Below are positions 61,405 through 64,000 of a stretch of 64,000 bases of DNA, one piece after another. Below the pieces are notes generated by a model. It was not told the DNA's origin and made no database searches. It saw only the letters and a program-made list of their open reading frames with translations. Position 1 is the stretch's first letter. Each line of letters opens with the position of its first letter. Source of the DNA: an uncultured Poribacteria bacterium. GTDB lineage: Bacteria > Poribacteria > WGA-4E > WGA-3G. The translations under genes and the position numbers were made by a program. The stretch spans positions 1,984,001 to 2,048,000 of the forward strand of contig OX638351.1 of assembly GCA_951813565.1 (NCBI GenBank), read 5' to 3'.

Positions 61405-61616
61405 GGGTGTGTAAAGTTTTTGTAGAAATCCGCACAACTCCTATTGTAGGGGCGGGTCCCCGTGCCTGCCCGTTGCATAGCACGTCCTGCGCAGTGGCGG
61501 AGCACCAAATCAACGGTATGAATGCCTTATGGCATTCCCCGGGACCTCGCCCTACAGTGGAAAACGCCGCGTAATCATTGCAAATTGAACCTATGTAACC
61601 AAATATTTACACACCC
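61405..61616. mobile_element. GGGTGTGTAAA-family MITE
   Basis: TIRs; perfect 9-bp TSD GTCTGAATT. Confidence 0.9.
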
Positions 61617-61729
61617 GTCTGAATTGGAGCCGTAAAATTTTCCTTAATCAAAAGGCAGAGATTTGATAAAATAGTTGGTAACTTTGAACTCTAATAATAT
61701 TCCAGTTTACTCGGTAGGAAGGAATAACG

Positions 61730-63196
61730 ATGGAAATGGAAAAACGTCCAAATATCTTGTGGTATTGTACAGACCAACAGCGCTTTGATACCATCGGCGC
61801 GTTAGGAAATCCGCATATCCACACGCCAAGACTTGATGAATTTGTTCAGCAGTCAGTCTCATTCACCCATGCTTATTGTCAGTCTCCAATTTGTACTCCG
61901 TCTCGTGCGAGTTTTATGACCGGTATGTATCCTTCAGCTGTGAGCGTCACTGGCAACGGAAATCCGGTTTTTCCCCAATACTACGAAGATCGGTTAGTTT
62001 CTCATGTTCTTGCCCAAGAAGGTTACGATTGTGGCTTAATTGGTAAGCTCCATCTCGCAAGTGCATTCGACGCACAAGAACACCGCGTTAATGATGGTTA
62101 CCGCTACTTCCAATATAGCCACGACCATGGAAAACCGAACGCATTCGGACACGAATACGCGGATTGGCTACACACACAAGGTGAGGACCTTGGTAAACTT
62201 TTGAGACAGCGAGTGGTCGTGCAAAAACCAAAGAAAAATACGGGTCAATTTCCAGAACCGACTCCTGACTGCGATAATATCCCACCCCATCTCCATCAGA
62301 CCTACTGGTGTACCGAAAAAATAATCGAATTTATCCAAAAAAATCGCAGGAAAAACCAACCGTGGATGCTAAACATCAACCCATTCGATCCGCATCCGGG
62401 GTTTGACGCACCTTGGGAATATTACCGACGTTATGATCCTGAAGCGCTACCCGGTCCTTACTTTCAGGAAAGCGACATCGCTCATCAGGCGAAACTAACT
62501 GATGCTGGTATTGATTTTCAATCAAAGGCGAAACATCCTTCAGAATTTGACGATAAACAGGTACAAGCATCCTATTATGCGATGATTGAACAAGTTGATC
62601 ATGAATTTGGGCGTATACTTGACTATCTTGGTAGCGAGGGATTGCGTGAAAACACTATTATTATCTTCACTTCCGATCATGGAGAATCACTCGGAGACCA
62701 CGGGCTGTTATACAAAGGATGTCGTTTTTACGAAGGATTGGCAAGGGTGCCACTTGTCATTTCATTGCCAACACATTTCTTGGAAAATGTTCAAAGCGAT
62801 GCACTTGTTGAACTACTTGATATTGTTCCCACGCTCTACGATGTATTAGGTATAGACATACCTTATTATGTGCAGGGTAAATCGCTGACGCCTCTGTTGC
62901 GCGGTGATACTCCAACAAATGAACATCGTGAAGCAGTCCGTTGTGAGTTTTTTGGTGCACTCGCTACACCCGACCAAACGCACGCCACAATGTATCGGGA
63001 TAGACGTTGGAAACTCGTTGTGTACCATCAAAAAAGCATCTGTGAACTGTATGATCTTGACAATGACCCGTGGGAACACAACGATCTCTCCGAACATGCT
63101 GATTATCAAGATATTAAGTGGGAACTCATGCAAAAGAGTTTTGACGCTGCCGTCTATGCACACCCGCAAATGATACCCAGAGTTGCTTCCCATTAA
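61730..63196 (+). CDS. Formylglycine-dependent sulfatase
   Basis: PNIL..TDQQR, CTPSRAS (CxPxR), GKLH, FTSDHG, ELYDL..DPWE. Confidence 0.95.
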   Translation: MEMEKRPNILWYCTDQQRFDTIGALGNPHIHTPRLDEFVQQSVSFTHAYCQSPICTPSRASFMTGMYPSAVSVTGNGNPVFPQYYEDRLVSHVLAQEGYDCGLIGKLHLASAFDAQEHRVNDGYRYFQYSHDHGKPNAFGHEYADWLHTQGEDLGKLLRQRVVVQKPKKNTGQFPEPTPDCDNIPPHLHQTYWCTEKIIEFIQKNRRKNQPWMLNINPFDPHPGFDAPWEYYRRYDPEALPGPYFQESDIAHQAKLTDAGIDFQSKAKHPSEFDDKQVQASYYAMIEQVDHEFGRILDYLGSEGLRENTIIIFTSDHGESLGDHGLLYKGCRFYEGLARVPLVISLPTHFLENVQSDALVELLDIVPTLYDVLGIDIPYYVQGKSLTPLLRGDTPTNEHREAVRCEFFGALATPDQTHATMYRDRRWKLVVYHQKSICELYDLDNDPWEHNDLSEHADYQDIKWELMQKSFDAAVYAHPQMIPRVASH

Positions 63197-63263
63197 TGCG
63201 TTATTTGTTCCTGATTTTAAAGCCCCTTTTGAAAATTATACGCTAAAGCGAGGTGGAAAATAG

Positions 63264-64000
63264 ATGACCGTAAGAGCACTTCTACTCGGTTTAGCACTCG
63301 TCATTGTACAAACAGCAATTACCCCGTACAACGATTACTACCTCCAAGGGACAGACATCGCCGGAAATCACTTCCCTTTAGGCGCAGTATTTACACTGAT
63401 TTTTCTTACACTTGTCATCAACCCTATACTTAAAAGGGTATTTCCTCGCGTCACACTAAATCCGGCAGAGCTGATAGTAATATGGGTGATGATGGGAGTT
63501 AGCTCAGCGATCCCGTCAAAAGGAATGATGGGGTTTTTGCTTCCCTATTTAGCTGCACCTGTTTATTTTGCTACACCTGAAAACGAATGGGCAGAAACGC
63601 TTCACGCCCACTTTCCTGAATGGTTAATTGTATGGGATAAACACGCTGTTACCAATTTCTATGAAGGAGAATCGTCTGTTCCGTGGGCACTTTGGATAAA
63701 ACCTATCATAGTCTGGTCAGTTTTCATTATCCTGCTCTATTGTGTGACAATCTGTGTATCGATTATCTTGCGAAAACAGTGGGTCGAACGGGAAAGGTTT
63801 ATATTTCCGCTTGTTACTGTTCCCGTAGAGATGGTTCAGCAAACCTCAATGCGCAGCGGGGTGGATAGTCTTTTCAGGAATCGCCTCGTCTGGATAGGAT
63901 TTGGAATTGCCGCCGCGTTCCATCTGCTCAATGGACTGCACGAGTATTTTCCCGCGCTCCCATCCATCCCGAATCGGTACGACCTTTCCGCGCCATTTAC
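63264..64000 (+). CDS. Polytopic membrane protein (DUF6785-like), partial
   Basis: Manual translation MTVRALLLGLALV...ELIVIW...YFATPENEW...LRKQWVERERFIFPL; frame open to the window end. Confidence 0.75.
   Translation, partial: MTVRALLLGLALVIVQTAITPYNDYYLQGTDIAGNHFPLGAVFTLIFLTLVINPILKRVFPRVTLNPAELIVIWVMMGVSSAIPSKGMMGFLLPYLAAPVYFATPENEWAETLHAHFPEWLIVWDKHAVTNFYEGESSVPWALWIKPIIVWSVFIILLYCVTICVSIILRKQWVERERFIFPLVTVPVEMVQQTSMRSGVDSLFRNRLVWIGFGIAAAFHLLNGLHEYFPALPSIPNRYDLSAPF

Overview
Bacterial chromosomal window, most likely Candidatus Poribacteria or a relative (inferred from protein repertoire, not a search). Housekeeping content: quinone oxidoreductase, serine hydrolase-namZ-anmK peptidoglycan recycling operon, peroxiredoxin, tRNA-Gly/Ile2/Val, mutS2-dnaG-rpoD, gatB, potA, aldo-keto reductase, Gfo/Idh/MocA oxidoreductase, sulfatase. 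Highlights: (1) a type IX secretion (T9SS)-like set: a giant PorU-like C25 protein next to PorV, and a SprA-like barrel with YG/FG low-complexity inserts; (2) four secreted proteins of two folds sharing a short C-terminal 'VSPxxKxxxxWGxIK' tail, a candidate sorting signal; (3) an intact, internally deleted sigma-region-2-only paralog of rpoD between dnaG and rpoD; (4) two recurring secreted-protein modules, each present twice; (5) a dense nested mobilome: ISKra4-like, IS630, IS200/IS605 and IS1595 elements, several MITE families (one with 19-bp target duplications), many GTAG-type REP palindromes, a 442-bp non-coding insert, and about 14 copies of a ~33-36 bp 'AATCAAC+hairpin' micro-element that inserts into REPs and into itself. 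All calls come from reading the sequence by eye; no database searches were run.
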